From the NCBI GenBank assembly GCA_003427395.1, contig BFEA01000029.1, forward strand, positions 1,884,435 through 1,948,434: a stretch of DNA of 64,000 bases. Reading direction: 5' to 3'. This document shows, in pieces, positions 23,349-36,820 of this stretch. Both the position numbers and the translations under genes were made by a program. Each line of letters opens with the position of its first letter. Position 1 is the first letter of the stretch. The DNA is from Chara braunii (taxonomy: Eukaryota > Plantae > Charophyceae). The notes below the pieces were generated by a model. It was given only the letters and a program-made list of their open reading frames with translations, was not told the DNA's origin and made no database searches.

Positions 23349-25594
23349 TTTCGATTTAATCTTACTCGGAAGGGTGATGTTCCGACCATGGCGTAGCGTG
23401 GTTGGACCCGTCGTCCTCCCGACTTGTTGAGATGTGAGTTTATGCATATCGTATGCCCCATGCTGTGGTCTCGGCATGTCGCGCATCGTGAAAGACCGCA
23501 TTGCTTCATGGTTCCGCTGCATATAGATTATGGATTGTGGAGGCTATCGACCTTGGTCGTTTGGGTTTCGCTTGTGTTGGGTTCGATTGGTGATGCTGGC
23601 TGCCGATGGGCGCATGTGATCCGGGAGGAACGGTGTGGGTGCTCTCTTTGCGCCACGTGCGTCCAGGCATGTAGGGTGTGTACTACATTCATTCCTCTCT
23701 CAACTTGTACTTCTCGGTGCAGAGGTGAGGTGGTGCACTTCGCTTTTATGTTTTGGGTGGACGGTTGCATCCGGCTTTGGGCAAAAGCGGTCGGTGGTTC
23801 CTTAGTGCGAATCATTGGTCGTCGAGGGATATACGTCAGACGATTTCACTACTACTATCTGTATTGGTTATGTCACTTATGTGTCTACTGCACAAGTACA
23901 TAGGGTCTGTATGTTTGTATCTTTCTACATTTGTCTGTATTTGTATTAGGTAGTATCTGTCTATATGTCTAAACCTTTTGCATATGTATGTATTTGTAAT
24001 TGTCGGTATTTGTTTATACTTTTATATCTATAATCCGTCAGCTCGTCTGTGTTTTTTTAATTATGAGTATGTAGGTGATTTGCACCTTTCTGTATGATTG
24101 TACGATTGTGTTTTCATGTGGTTCAACTTGTTTGAATCTTGGTGCATGCATCTATCTGCCAAGAAGAAGACTATTAACCCCCAGTTTATAAACGATCTAT
24201 AGATATACGAGGAAAACAAAACTAATGGTCGATATAGGAGAAGGGTGAAAAACAAGAAACTGCTAGTGTGTGTATGTCATCGTGTTCACCATACACAACT
24301 ACAATGAAAAGCATGACTGTAGTAGATTGTTCTATCATACTTTTGTTGGCTCAGTCGTATACATTTGTAATCATTATGCACAACTACGCAAAAAAATTGT
24401 ATGACTATGCCGGACTGTTTCATCGGACTATCATCAACTCGTCGGGAGATTGAACCCCGACAATATTCCGAGAGACAATAGGCTGACGGACTGGCGGACA
24501 GGCATAGGCAGACAAACAGAAACAGGGGCAGACAGACAGAGATAAGATGTGAGGGGATGACCAGGTGGATACCAACATACGGATGCTCAGGCGGACGGGG
24601 TAGAATCAAGGAGGCATGTGAGAATAGCACGCATGCAAAAACACTATGAGATACTTCACGAAATTCCAACTGAAGTCCTGAGATGCGAAGTACAGGTAAG
24701 CGCATAGGCGCTTCAGCAACACTTCCACACCATTCACGAATAAGCAATCTCCCTAAATGTGGTCAGTCTTTGTATTGACATGAGCCGAGTCTTCACTCGT
24801 CCCAACATTTGCCTCCTTTGGTTTGACGTGGACCTGGTACCACATGCCCACTGCCTATTCTGCTTCAGCATGTCAAGGACTAATGTTTTTTTCCAAACTT
24901 TCATTGGCGTGTTGTTGCATAGGCCTGCGAGTCACAAACTTTTCTGTTGGAATATGACTTTGACTGTGGGATGTGACTCTTGCCCCTGGGTAGCGACTTT
25001 TGCCTAGAAAAGCGTCATCGGCCTGTAGGAAATAACTTTCCTAAATGAGTTTCAAAGTGAGACATGATTCTTACCTAGGAAGCACAACCTTACCTACAAA
25101 TGTGAAAGATTACCGATGTCTGTTGGACCTGACTCCAATGGTACCCAGGCGAGACTTTGCTGAAACTGCCCAATTTGGCTCAAAGTCTCGAACTTGTAGT
25201 TCTAAGCTTAGGGGATGGAGTATAAACTGCATTTCAGCAGAAGGTCATCATACGTTATCATTGTTATTATTGCTATTTATGATTATTATTACTGACATTA
25301 TTGTTATCTTTCCACCGATGAATGACATCCACAGGGGGGAAGAAGGCTTACCTGGTCAACGGGACAGGGACTACAAGAAGAATAAGATAGAAAGATAGAG
25401 AAGGAGATCCTCTAAGGAGGAAAGGTCGGAGAAGGAGAAAAAAAGAGAAGGTGGATTCAGGAATTGGTTTTGGTTGGGAGAAAAGAAGGGGAAATGGGAA
25501 AAGGAAGGTGAAGGGAAGCAAAGGAAAGGACTTCGAGGAGGAAAGTTTCGGAAGAAGATTTATACATATACCTTTGATCTCTGACTCAAAAATT

Positions 25595-25709
25595 CATTAT
25601 TATCTTTTTTTTTTTAATCATTATTATTATTATTATTTATTACTATTTATTAGATATTATTATCTTTATTATTATTATTATTATATTATTATCATTGTTA
25701 TGATTAATG

Positions 25710-25759
<50 letters not shown>

Positions 25760-25792
25760 AGGTATTTACTACTATTGATTTTATTATTTATT
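25595..25792. repeat. Degenerate (TTA)n microsatellite
   Basis: Seen directly. Confidence 0.9.
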
Positions 25793-26049
25793 TGATGTTA
25801 AGAAAAGGATTAGAGATGGGGGGGTGTGAGAGAAAATTGAGGGAAAAATGTCACCATTAGCTATGAGGATACCTATCTTTTCCATTTTCCACCATTCCCC
25901 TTTTGTCCGAGTCTCTCACATCTCCATCCTTTCGGTTAAGATTGCATAATGGAATATTCCACTTTAAAATTTTCAAAGGCAATCATGAGTCTTATGAATT
26001 TTTCATACAAACATTTGCATAGATTAGGTAAATCTGAGTAACAGGGGGA

Positions 26050-28925
26050 TTGCGTGAGCTCCGTCGGAGCTCACGAGGAACTCTGGAGGCAGGAAACTTG
26101 AAGGTACGCACAATCGACCCCATTTCTCTTACATAAAACCGATCCAAGTACAAGGCAATTGCGGGAGCTCTGTCGGAGTTCAAGAGGAACTTTGGAGGCA
26201 GGGAACCAAAAGGTTATATCACTTCTTGATTTTCTTGAGGACAAAAGAGGTATCAAAAATAAGGAAGTATTATGAGTGTAAAATGAGAACCTTGCCTAAT
26301 ATGAAGAAAGGAACACAGTAGAATCGAAAAAAAAACTTTGTTTCTTGGCATTGGAGAATTAAACAGTAGAATGAAGACTCGAAGACGAGTCGTTTTATGG
26401 CTTGTGTGTGCACATAATGTTCGTCTACATTGATGTCGTTCCGTAGAATTGCATGTTGATATCAAACCGGTAGTAGGACACTTCGGCGAAGGACATCCTA
26501 TTAGTTATTTAATTTTAGTCTGACCAGTTTTAACAGTTCGTGGGGTACTCCAGGGTGAGTTACGCTACTACTCGCTTGAGACTATGAAGACTAAAGTATT
26601 AAGGAGTGGTTGGATACTCCAATGTGATAAACCCCAACAAGTCTTGATTGTAGCTATGCTGGATTAAAACTTAACAATCAGAAGTCGTACAGAAGACAGT
26701 CTTTGCACAAACGCTTAGAACTTTAATAATCATGAAGTGAAAGGCTATTAGATAATATAAGGTACAAGGTTTATATCAGTGAAACAATTCCCGCCTTCAC
26801 AAGTGCAGCACGCCGGAGAATTTTTCAAGCAGTCAACCCGGTTCAGCCTAACATGCCCAGACGAAAGATCTGCACACATACATGCAAGATAATTCATATG
26901 TCGTGCACTAAAGGAGTCAACTTTCAGTCCTCATTGCCGACTTGTCCCTCGCATCGCTTAAACCATACCTAGCAGCTCCATCTTTCTCGAAACTCATTGA
27001 GCCCAAAATCCCCACTCCAGTTCAAAGGACCTTACGGAATGACCAAGACCATTCAGACATTTGAATGCAGGAGACAGTTTTACTGGCTATAAGGTTTGTC
27101 TTTAGATGTAGGTATTAAGTCAAAAGGGAAGTAGTTAAATCGGTAAAAACTGAAATGTTACCGAGAGATAACAGATAAATGCAGTTTGTGCAGATCCTTT
27201 TTCAATTAAGTATGATAGTGAGTTGCACACACACAAGTCGACAAAGACTCAACATCCTGTCTCTTAGTTTTAACCCACTTTACCTTCTCATAATCGTAAG
27301 CTCCCAGAGTAACATCCCATAACTCAACACCTAGTTCTGTTTAATAACATGTGAGTGCCTATTTGTCCCTTCTCCTCCTTTTTCAAGGAAACTTGTACTA
27401 AGTTGTTGAAGGAAAATTATATTTTTTCTATACTTTTATCCCCCTCTCTCCTTGGATCAAGTACACCTTTTAGCGCATGTGTAGCTATAACTACCCCGAA
27501 TTCATATTCAGGTGACTTTTCAACACTTATAAGTAGATTTAGCCTTTGCGGTGATTATTTAGTACTTTCCTTGTTCCCTGTCCTCGTGGTTTCGACCGTT
27601 TCTTTCGTTATGTAAAGTTGCTCCTACTTGATGTACGCCCCTTTTCTATTTCCTTTAGATTTTCCTTATGTTGACACATACAAGTAGTGGATGGACTATC
27701 ACTGGGACCTCTCACTACTTGATCAATCTCATACAATCATTATTCAAACAAGTAGTTCGATAACACTTTCTTGGAGCATCCAACCACCCTTCCAATTCCA
27801 TTCATGCAAATAAACAATAGAGAGTTACGTATATAACAACTCATAAGGGTAGTAGGGTATCTCACACTGGAATGTCTGATTATCTGGCCGTAAACAAATA
27901 ATAGGATGACCCCCATGGAATATCCTACTATCCATTTTCATACTCAACAAACAACTCGCCCTCTTTCCATATTGATGGTTAGTATCAAGTTCAAGTTAGT
28001 AATAGGATTATCTTCCCTTGAGCCGCTTACTATTCCTTGAACGATGTGCCATCTAACTTTAAGTGTGTAATAGGATGACTAGCAATGGGGTAGCCTTTCA
28101 CCGACTCAAAGTCGACCGGTTGATTTTAGATTAGTAGATAGGACGCACGTAGCAGGGTAACTCATACTGGAGTACCCTACTATTATTCTCATCTTAAGTT
28201 AGTATAAAATTTAAGTAACAGGATGACCCTCCCTGGAGCGTCCTACTACCTTTTGCCGCACATCAAGAAATGGGATGGCTCCCACTGGAGCATCCTTCTA
28301 CTCGACTTTCGTGTTAGACAAGTTGAGGGCTTAGCACATAGACTGAAAGTTGATTAATAGGATAACTCACACTGCAGTATCCAACGGTTATTTCAACTCT
28401 AGTAAGTTTTAAGCTTAAGCTAGTAGTAGGAGTTCGCAACTTGGGTAATGAATATAGTTTTTGTAACCTACTAACCTATTACGTTTAGATGAAAGTGATG
28501 AATGCGAGAAAGTTCGTCAGTCTAAAGTCGACCTGAGTTACAAGTCGGTCCGGGGAGAGTAGTATCTCGATGCCGACACATACACGGGTCAGTCTTAGGT
28601 GTTCTACCACATGTATACCTATGCTATAGCGACCGAGCAAACGCCCTCGGCTAGCTTACCTATACGATCACAAGTAAAAGCCTTCGTATGTGAGTTGGTA
28701 GCTCAGCAGGGATACGCCTACCTAAGGGCGGTGACAACTCCTCAGGTAGAGGTATCTTGTACCTCATGGAGCTCTGACCTGTCGCAGCGAGCCGTGAGAG
28801 GTATAGCTGGCACGCACGGTCGGAGTGGTATCTCCTCTAACTCGAAGGTAAGTACTTACTCCTACATGACACGACCGTGAGGTCCAACACTTACCGCAGA
28901 CTGTGAGACCGCTGTACCAGACAAA
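26050..28925. mobile_element. Module X copy B (divergent subfamily), same orientation as copy A
   Basis: GCGGGAGCTCTGTCGGAGTTC..GGAGGCAG block at about 26160 (duplicated at about 26056) matches 13170; 28615-28925 matches 16410-16735. Confidence 0.65.
27680..28450. repeat. Array of about 10-12 hairpins (core GGRTR-N-CTC-NCACTG-GAG-YAYCC)
   Basis: Examples: 28149 GTAGCAGGGTAACTCATACTGGAGTACCCTACTA; 28271 TGGGATGGCTCCCACTGGAGCATCC. Three inverted units lie at 26470-26640. Confidence 0.75.
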
Positions 28926-28929
28926 CTGA

Positions 28930-31490
28930 CATTCTCCTGTCGTATGAAGTGAGCAAACTGGCGAGGAGAAGGGAAAGAGATGTCTGGGTGGGACCCAGAG
29001 GAACGAGGGTCCTGCGGACGTAGGTCGGGAGGGGTGTCGCCTGTGGTTCCAATGAAGGGGAATCGATGGTTCTGGCCACACTTCGTTTTGGGAATGAGTA
29101 TCTCAATCGCCCATTCGGCCTCTGTGTCACGGAGCTGGCGAGATTAGGGAGTGTCGAGAATAAAGTTGTACCCAGTCTCCAACAGATCAAAGTATGCAGA
29201 GCAATGGTATCTCTGGTGGTTTGAGGGTGAGGGAAAAGTGGTGATCGGGGACTGTTTGATCGAAGAAGCGCTGCGTCTTGTTATCTCTGAGGGTAACGAA
29301 GATATGAGAGCAAGACCCGGAGGTAGATAAATGAGTTTCCTCAACCATGGGAGGGTAAACGAAATCTCCTTGCAAGTCGGGGTCCCATAACGAGCGGTAC
29401 ACCCTCATAGATGTCTCCAGTGGATAGGAATGATGGGGAGGGTGCGATCAGGGTCAAAGAGCAGAGCGAGAAGACGACGCAGAACGTCTATGTGTCTCCT
29501 GAGTCGCACCTGGCCAGCCCGAAGAATGCTCAAATCGATGAGAGATGAGACAATGTCATCACGAGTCACCAACTGAGCACTACAATGAGTAGTACGAATG
29601 GCGCGACTCGTCGGAAGTCTCAGAGGGGAAGGACTAGATGCGGCAGCCTGCGGTCGTGCAAACGGTACCTCGACAGACTGCGGGGCAGAAGGAACTGAGT
29701 ATGTCGTGTCTTGAGATTCTCTGGTGGGGTAGGTAAAGGGGCAAACCACGACTCGGTGGTCGGGAAGTCGACTACGTGCGGGGCCTTAGCGGTACACTGC
29801 ACTGTAGCTAGCTGGATGAGACTGGCCGGTGGGGTCGGGAAGGGATTGAGACCGGCGCTGACGAGAAATGTCAGCAAAGTGTCGATCAAGGGCAGCATGG
29901 TATGGACATTGTGAGGAGGTGTGTCCATTCTGGCGACAACGAAGGCAACCGCGACGAGTCTTGAGGGCGGCGTGCTCCTAAGGGGATAGAGCTCCACGAG
30001 GAGGGATGAAACCCTGCAGGAGGTTTACTTGAGGAACCGCGAACGTGAGGGCGCCCGCCTGTGCAACCCGACTGCGCGAACGACCCATGGCGGACATCGC
30101 CATCTGCAAGCGGTCGGGCACCGAGACAGTGTCGTCATCCAAGTGGTACTGGATGACGTCCTGAAGCTCGAGATCCTCGGGGCTTCCCCAAAGGTAGGGT
30201 CAAGCTCGGTTGAGGCGTCCTTGCCATACTCGAGATAATTCTCCAGGGCGAGCTGGTCGGTGGAAGCGTCCGGCAAAAGAGGATAGTAGACCTCGAGTAG
30301 TACCGCATGATTGGGGCGGATAGTGAAAAAGATGAGGCGTCAGAGAAGCGACTCTGCATCCTCTGGTGCTGACGAGCAGCCTCGTAGGCTTGCTCTGTGG
30401 AGGCGAAGGTCTGTCGGCATTGCTCGATGCGGTAGTCAGCCGGAAGACTAGCGAGGAACCTGAGGTTGTTGGTCAAAAGCACCTTAGGTAGGAGTGCCTC
30501 ATCGCAAAAGAGGCGGGCGTCCTGAAACACCCGGATGTGACGCTAAAGGTCTGTTGGTGCGAAGGACCCGCTCCACTGTGTCTGGTTGACCCGATCAAAG
30601 GCGTCGGTCGCGTTGTGTAAAGTTTCATAGCGGTCATGAAGGAACGTGGTGCAGTCCGGGAAAGTGAGAGCCTCACACGAACGAGTACGATAGGTACTGT
30701 AGTTCTTCCATGCGGAGAACGGGCTGCCTTGCAATTTAGTTGCGAGCATAGAGCACCACAACTCCTAATAAGTGTTTGTTAGTGTCCGCGTATGTGTGGC
30801 AGCCTGCAACCAATGCGATACACGAAGTGTACCATCGTATTCGAGTATATAAAATAGACACACAAGGGGGGGACGATTGTGCTGACGGCGAGGGAAGAGA
30901 GGTTGATGGGCCTGCACTGCGGCGGCAAATGTTGGTGCCGGTGCAGGGATGACAGTGATGGCTGGTTGTGGAAGGCCCACGAAAGGTGGAGGCCACAACC
31001 GCAACCAGTTAAGACGGAGTGGCGAGGTAGGAGGGTAGAGGGGGAGGAGGAGGTCGAGGGAAACGAGCCTGCATGACAGACGTGGGAGAGGTGGTATAAT
31101 AAGAAGAAAGGTGCGCAACCTGTAAAGGGTGAGACTGTCTCAGAATGAGTATCTCCGTCTGGAGCTGCGCCACAATGGCCTGTAAGGTAGCCACTCTCTG
31201 GGTGCGCGGGGTCTGAGGTGGAGAAGGTGGAGAAGGTACTCTAGCGAGAGGAGGAGTAACGAACTATAGGGAACCCTAAGGTGCGAGTGAGGAGATGAGG
31301 GGAGGAGAGGGGGCTCCGGACCGTAGTGTCGGGATAGAAGCGGGAAGTTGGTAAGCCATATCGAGATAAGTAGATGAAACTGTCTAGCCAGATTCTGGTA
31401 TTTGGGCAGCAACACCTATGGTAGTGGCCGAAGCGGTAGGGGCAATGGAAGTCGACGCGTGTGCCGCAACAGATGGTATAATCTTAAACG
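28930..31490 (-). pseudogene. Retrotransposon gag remnant with CCHC zinc knuckle, followed by an unrecognised coding-like region
   Basis: P-rich N-terminus, coiled coil (LQAIVAQLQTEILIL), capsid-like YDGT..VSHWL..., knuckle CLRCRQNGHTSSQC at about 29903-29947. No protease or RT motif seen downstream. Confidence 0.8.
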
Positions 31491-34400
31491 ACAACGATGT
31501 CGGGCGCATCGTTCCGGCACCGCACGCGGCAGCGCGGGACCCTCTCGGCCGTGTCACGCAGGAGTTGGACCAATCTTGCCGCGAACATACAAATGGAGCT
31601 TCCTTAGGCCGCTCCGGCCGAGTGCGCCAGCCATACCTCTCGCGAGCCCCTACGACAGGATAGGACCTACGCGAGGCACAACTTACCTCCACCTTACGAG
31701 AGATGTCACCTCCCTTCGGTGGGCGTATCCCCGCCGAGCTACCAGTCCACAGTACGAAAGTTAATCAGTTGCAATCGCAGAGGTGGACCAGCCGAGGGCG
31801 TTTCTCATTCGCTGTAGCATAGGGGGTACGCGCGGTAATACGCCTATCAAGCTCGCACGCGAACTGACATCTTGGGGGCTGAAGTCCCAAGCGCGGCTTG
31901 TCGTCGGTCGACTAGGACGCATCCCACACACCACACGCACACCACTTTACGAACACAAAAATAAAATACACACACACACACACACACACACATCGAACAA
32001 CGCGACAACACTCCTAGTCCCTTAAGTAGCCGTCCCATAACTTCCCGACGCGGAAATTGAATAGGCATCGCGCGCGAGACTCAGTATAAAACCGCGCGGA
32101 CGCAGGGCTAACTCATGTCGACCCGCAAAGCAAGCATACGCAAGCGGTCGCAGTGATGACGTACTATGTAGTACCCATACTCACGCGGTCCTCGTTAATC
32201 TCGAGGGTCGCATTCAACACTCAAGTGTCGGCTGACACGCGCCTTGAGGGTTAATCTGTCGACGCTGGACAACCGCCATGCGCGGTTGAAGATCACACAC
32301 CCTCTTCTTCATTCTGTGCAGAGCGGGTGGTACACAGGTCCATACCTGTGGTGGCAGTCGCTTCTTGCGGCCCTGGGGACGAGCCCTGCTCTAGGTCTGA
32401 GCGAAGGTCAAGGGGTTTTACTTTGACGGCTGCCACGGACTACAACGTCTAACAATAAAATTTCCAAAAAACAAAGAATAAAGGAAATCTTCTTTTTCTT
32501 TCAAAACACAATCTGGTTAACCCTTATGCGCAATTGCAGTAGGCCTCCCACATACTCAGGGCACTTATAAGTATGTAAGGCTTAGTTATGTAGGACGATC
32601 ACTTCTCACAGTCACAATGAGGCTCCTCTTAGCCATCTATGTATGTAATCACAGGCAGTCACATCCCGAAGACGAACCACAATCTTACATGCAATCACAT
32701 CAAAGATTCATCCAGAAGTTCACGCACTACACGGGGTCAACTTCAACCATTCCTTGCGCTCATACCCCTCACTTTAGCCATACAAGCCTCACTCGTGCAA
32801 CTCTTAAATAAATACTCAGTACTTTTGTTGGATGGCCATTCAATAAAGTCCGGGTGAAAACACAACAAAATAATTCAATCACAAGGCTAAAGCCTTTAGG
32901 TTGAGTCGCAGGAGTGGATTGGTGTTGAATCGTAAACCGACGAATCGGCAACCGACCTGTTATCAGTGATAACAAAAGATGATCCTCGTAGGATCAAACT
33001 GAAACTAGTCCAAGTCCTGAATCAATCGATCCAGAAGACCTGTAACACAAGACAGGCCAGCCCCCAAGCTAAAATCATGAGTGTATGGAGAATACAACTC
33101 CATAACACATTCTCACTCAAAGTTATCTTCCAACCAAGTCTAAGTCTACCTCTAAGCAAGTGCCCAAGGCAAAGGTAGACTAACGGCAGGATCTTCCCTA
33201 TTCAGGGTGGATCGCCACAATCGCCACCTGTCAAAATATAATCTAACTCCTCTAAATCGAAAAAATTTCGGCAGCGCTTCCCGTATGAAAAGTGTCTTTT
33301 CAAGATTTGTATCAACCTGAATATGAAATCAAAAGTAGTCTTTGACTTTCCAAAGTCCAATTTTGTCTAACTTCCTGAATCAGTAAAAATTTGGGCAGCA
33401 CTCCCTTTAGAAAAGAAGACTTTCCAATTTTTTACTAAGTCATATATAAACTTTAGACAAGTTGAACTTTGACAAGTCAGAATTTTGACCAACTCCTTGG
33501 ATTTGCAGAAATTTCGGCAACGCTTCCCGTAGAGAAAGCAGCTTACCAAGATTTATACAAAGCCAAGTATAACAAAAGATCCCAGAAAATGCGAAAATCA
33601 ATCTAGGTAAAAAAAACTTAGCTTATAAAATGCAGGAATTGAACGAACTCCTATCGCTCTAGCACGTGGCGAGCAACTACAGCAACTACCTGTCAAACTG
33701 AAACTCACACCAAGTAATAGCCTCACTCAGTCACATGCAGGCCAAACCACAAAGGTAAGTACTCTCTCCAGCCGCGAGTCAATTTAGCAAACAATAGTTC
33801 GTGTCTTCTCAGCAAGTTACCCATTTATACCCAAATTACATAAGGTGTAAAGTCAAGCCGTCCAATCTTATGGAACCTGCCTGACCCAGCCATTGAGTAT
33901 ACATGAACAGGTTGCACAACTACTTCTCTCTTCCTTTTGAGGCATATGACTAAGCCGTTCATCTTAGAACAAGGCTCAGCCGCCCTGAACTGTTTAATAT
34001 CCAAATTATATATACCTCTCTGCACTTAGTCTTCGAAATGGGCATAGGGCTGAGCCGCTCAACTTAGAACGTTGCTCAGCCTGCTTTAGTTTACCTTCAG
34101 TTATACTCTTAATTATACTCTCTTCACTTCATGATAAGCTATAGCCAGACTGTCCAATCTTATGGACCCCATGCTTGGCTAGCCTGTTCATAAATGAAAT
34201 AATATAAAATATAGTCAAAATTTAAACTTTTGGGTTCCAACATGTGCGAGGCTTTGGGCCAGACCGTCCAATCTTATGGAACATATCTGGTCCTCTGCCA
34301 GATTCGTTTCTCTCTGATCCAGCTGTGTGCGGCATGAGTCCAAAGTCGTCCAATCTTATGGACATGCCTTGCCCCCCGCGAGAATTATCCCCTCAGAATA

Positions 34401-36820
34401 AAACAGGAAGGGGTTGAGCCGTCCAATCTTATGGACTTGCTCAGGCCTCCTCAATCAAAAATAAAAGAGACAGAACAAACCCCAATCAAACATGGCAACC
34501 AAACCCTCCAATCTTATGGTACAGGTTTGGTCCCTGAAAAGTCAGCCACAGTCAAACCCTTCCAATTCAGAACAATCGGACCGTCCAATCTTATGGAACT
34601 GGTCTGACTCTCCATGCAATTCAAAAATAAGCACAACGGTTAGACGGTCCAATCTTACGGAACTGGTCTAACCCCATAGGACCCTGTAAGCCTCAGGCAA
34701 AACCATCTTTCACCCACCCTTCCCCCAGATGCACCCATTTGTGTTCACAATCTGCATTCAGGCAATCATCAAACTGAAATTGCGATTGCATACACAGTCC
34801 GTTACTTAGTCTGGGTTATAACCTGAAAATCAAACCCAAGGTCAAATACAGGATGCACGCAATACACTCAGTCAGATACATAGCAAGATGTATAAATAGG
34901 GGTTATACCAGGGTATATAGAGGGGAAGCAATGGTTACCTCTCGATTCCCTGCCTCCATAACTCCTCCTGAGTTCCGGCAGAGCTCCCGCAATCAGTGGG
35001 ATGACTCCCCACAGAGGCCTTGGCGCGGATTACGGGTTGCAATCCCGCCTGTCGCCTTCCTCTCAGATCAGGACTAGACTTAGAGTAAGGAGGGCAGAAG
35101 TAAAAAGGTTCAGTCTCTCAGATACAAGGAGGGTGCTCTCAGACTCGCAGGAGAGGGCCTTGTTATCTTGACGCGCCTGAGGGCCCCGCAATGGCGGCCA
35201 AACAATGACAGCTTGGTCAAACCGGGGTCATACTGTCGAAGTCAACCCTCTGACGACCCTCCAATTTGTAGCGTTAACTCCCTCCACAGCCTGACTACTC
35301 CTCGGAAAACACAACGCCAACAGCCACCGGCTAACTATATAGTATCAGCCGCAACCATAGCGACCACGGGTAGTTAATATGTTCGTAGGCGGCAACGCAC
35401 GTTGATTACTGTAATCCTTCTCGCCAGCAATCCTAATCATACCAGCCGGAACACCCTTTACGCAAGCCGAAACGACAAGCTCGCAGACTGAAGTGGCAAC
35501 AGGCTGAAACGGCAACAACCTACCTAGTTGCAGCCTTCCCTATGCCAGCCTCAACTTGATTGATCTCACCATCACCAATGTACGCTCAAGCTCTGCCTCC
35601 CACTTGACTTCTTGGCCCTGAGACTGCCACTACACAGCCTGTAGCAGTCTGTACCCATGCAATACATTCTACTAACATCCCCGTAGCAACCCACGTGGTG
35701 CCCGAAGGAGCCGACTTCGCGGATCACCGCTAGACCAGGTGCGTACTCTTTCTTTCTCCTTCTTGCATCCTGTCGGACCAACACAGCCCCATACCCGGAC
35801 TGTTGTTCCAATGAGACTGTCCCATGTAGCCCTGTGCCCCCATCTACTCCCCAACTCCTCGCTCCCCACAGCAGCTCAGTGGCGAGTATCTATTCTTCCT
35901 CCCTTTCTTGCTTTATCCGTCCCTCTTCTTCTTCATTTTGGTAGGTTGAGCACTGTGGCGGGGCGGGAGGCCGTACAACTTGAGCCCGACTCAACCTTCC
36001 GCAACCGTCTACCTAACTGGTTGTGAGCAACGCCGGCTCACTCCCCACCTACGATCATGAGTCCCCCAACCTTCCAGTCATCAGTGTGCCCTGCAGCACG
36101 ACCGACAGGTGAGTCCTAGTCCCTCTCCGCTTACTCTCGTTTTCCCTGCGCGAAGACACTGGCCAAAACAGCCAACTGGTAAGTCTCCAGCCCTGCCCCC
36201 CGGCTCACTCCTCCCCGCTGCTTCGTTAGCCTGAGCAAATACGAAATGAATCTTCCCCTACAACGAGGGAAGATACATTGCCATTTTTTTTATTTTTTTT
36301 TGGACAGAGAACTCCCGTTACCATCGCGCAGCCCCTGTCTGCAATTCAAAATTGAGTCTCTCGTCGGGTTACGACCAGGTACATCGGCCTACCACCTGCC
36401 ATGAGAGTGAGTATAGGGAGGCGCCCCACCACTGTGAACTTCTCCTTACGCGTTGCTATAAGGTGAGTACGTCGTACCTCCTCCCCTCCTCTACGCACTC
36501 GTCTACTGCAGAAGGTCGTGCCTCATTTGAATACGTACCAAAAACCAAGAAAGAAACGAATAAATCCTCCGCTAGAATGCGGAAAGATTCATCACCGTCT
36601 GTAACACCCTCCCCGGCGCAGCCTTTTCTTTACTAACCTCTTCTCCCTCTAGTTCATCACTAAAACTAACTACCCGATCGTGTTCGACCTCAGGAACCTC
36701 TGACTTGACCCCTCCCCCGCCCGTTTCCATCGAGTAACGGGCGAGGTCTTCATTTTCTCCCTCACTTCTCCGCCTCCTTCGCCATAGCTCCACGCACTGA
36801 CTTTTCTACTAACCTCCCAT
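31488..36820. mobile_element. Module X copy C, inverted relative to copies A and B
   Basis: Reverse-complement colinearity with 11580-16745. Confidence 0.8.
33850..34675. repeat. Array of 10 hairpins (core GTCCA-ATCTTA-TGGA)
   Basis: Units near 33855, 33950, 34050, 34146, 34260, 34343, 34415, 34500, 34577 and 34640. Confidence 0.9.

Noticed and set aside
27680-28450. Iron-responsive elements (CAGUGN loops on the minus strand)
   Set aside because: They lack the unpaired C five base pairs 5' of the loop; the bulge is on the other side and several loops deviate.
33850-34675. CRISPR array
   Set aside because: Repeats are degenerate with unit-specific stems, spacer lengths vary widely, the context is eukaryotic retroelement DNA and no cas genes are present.
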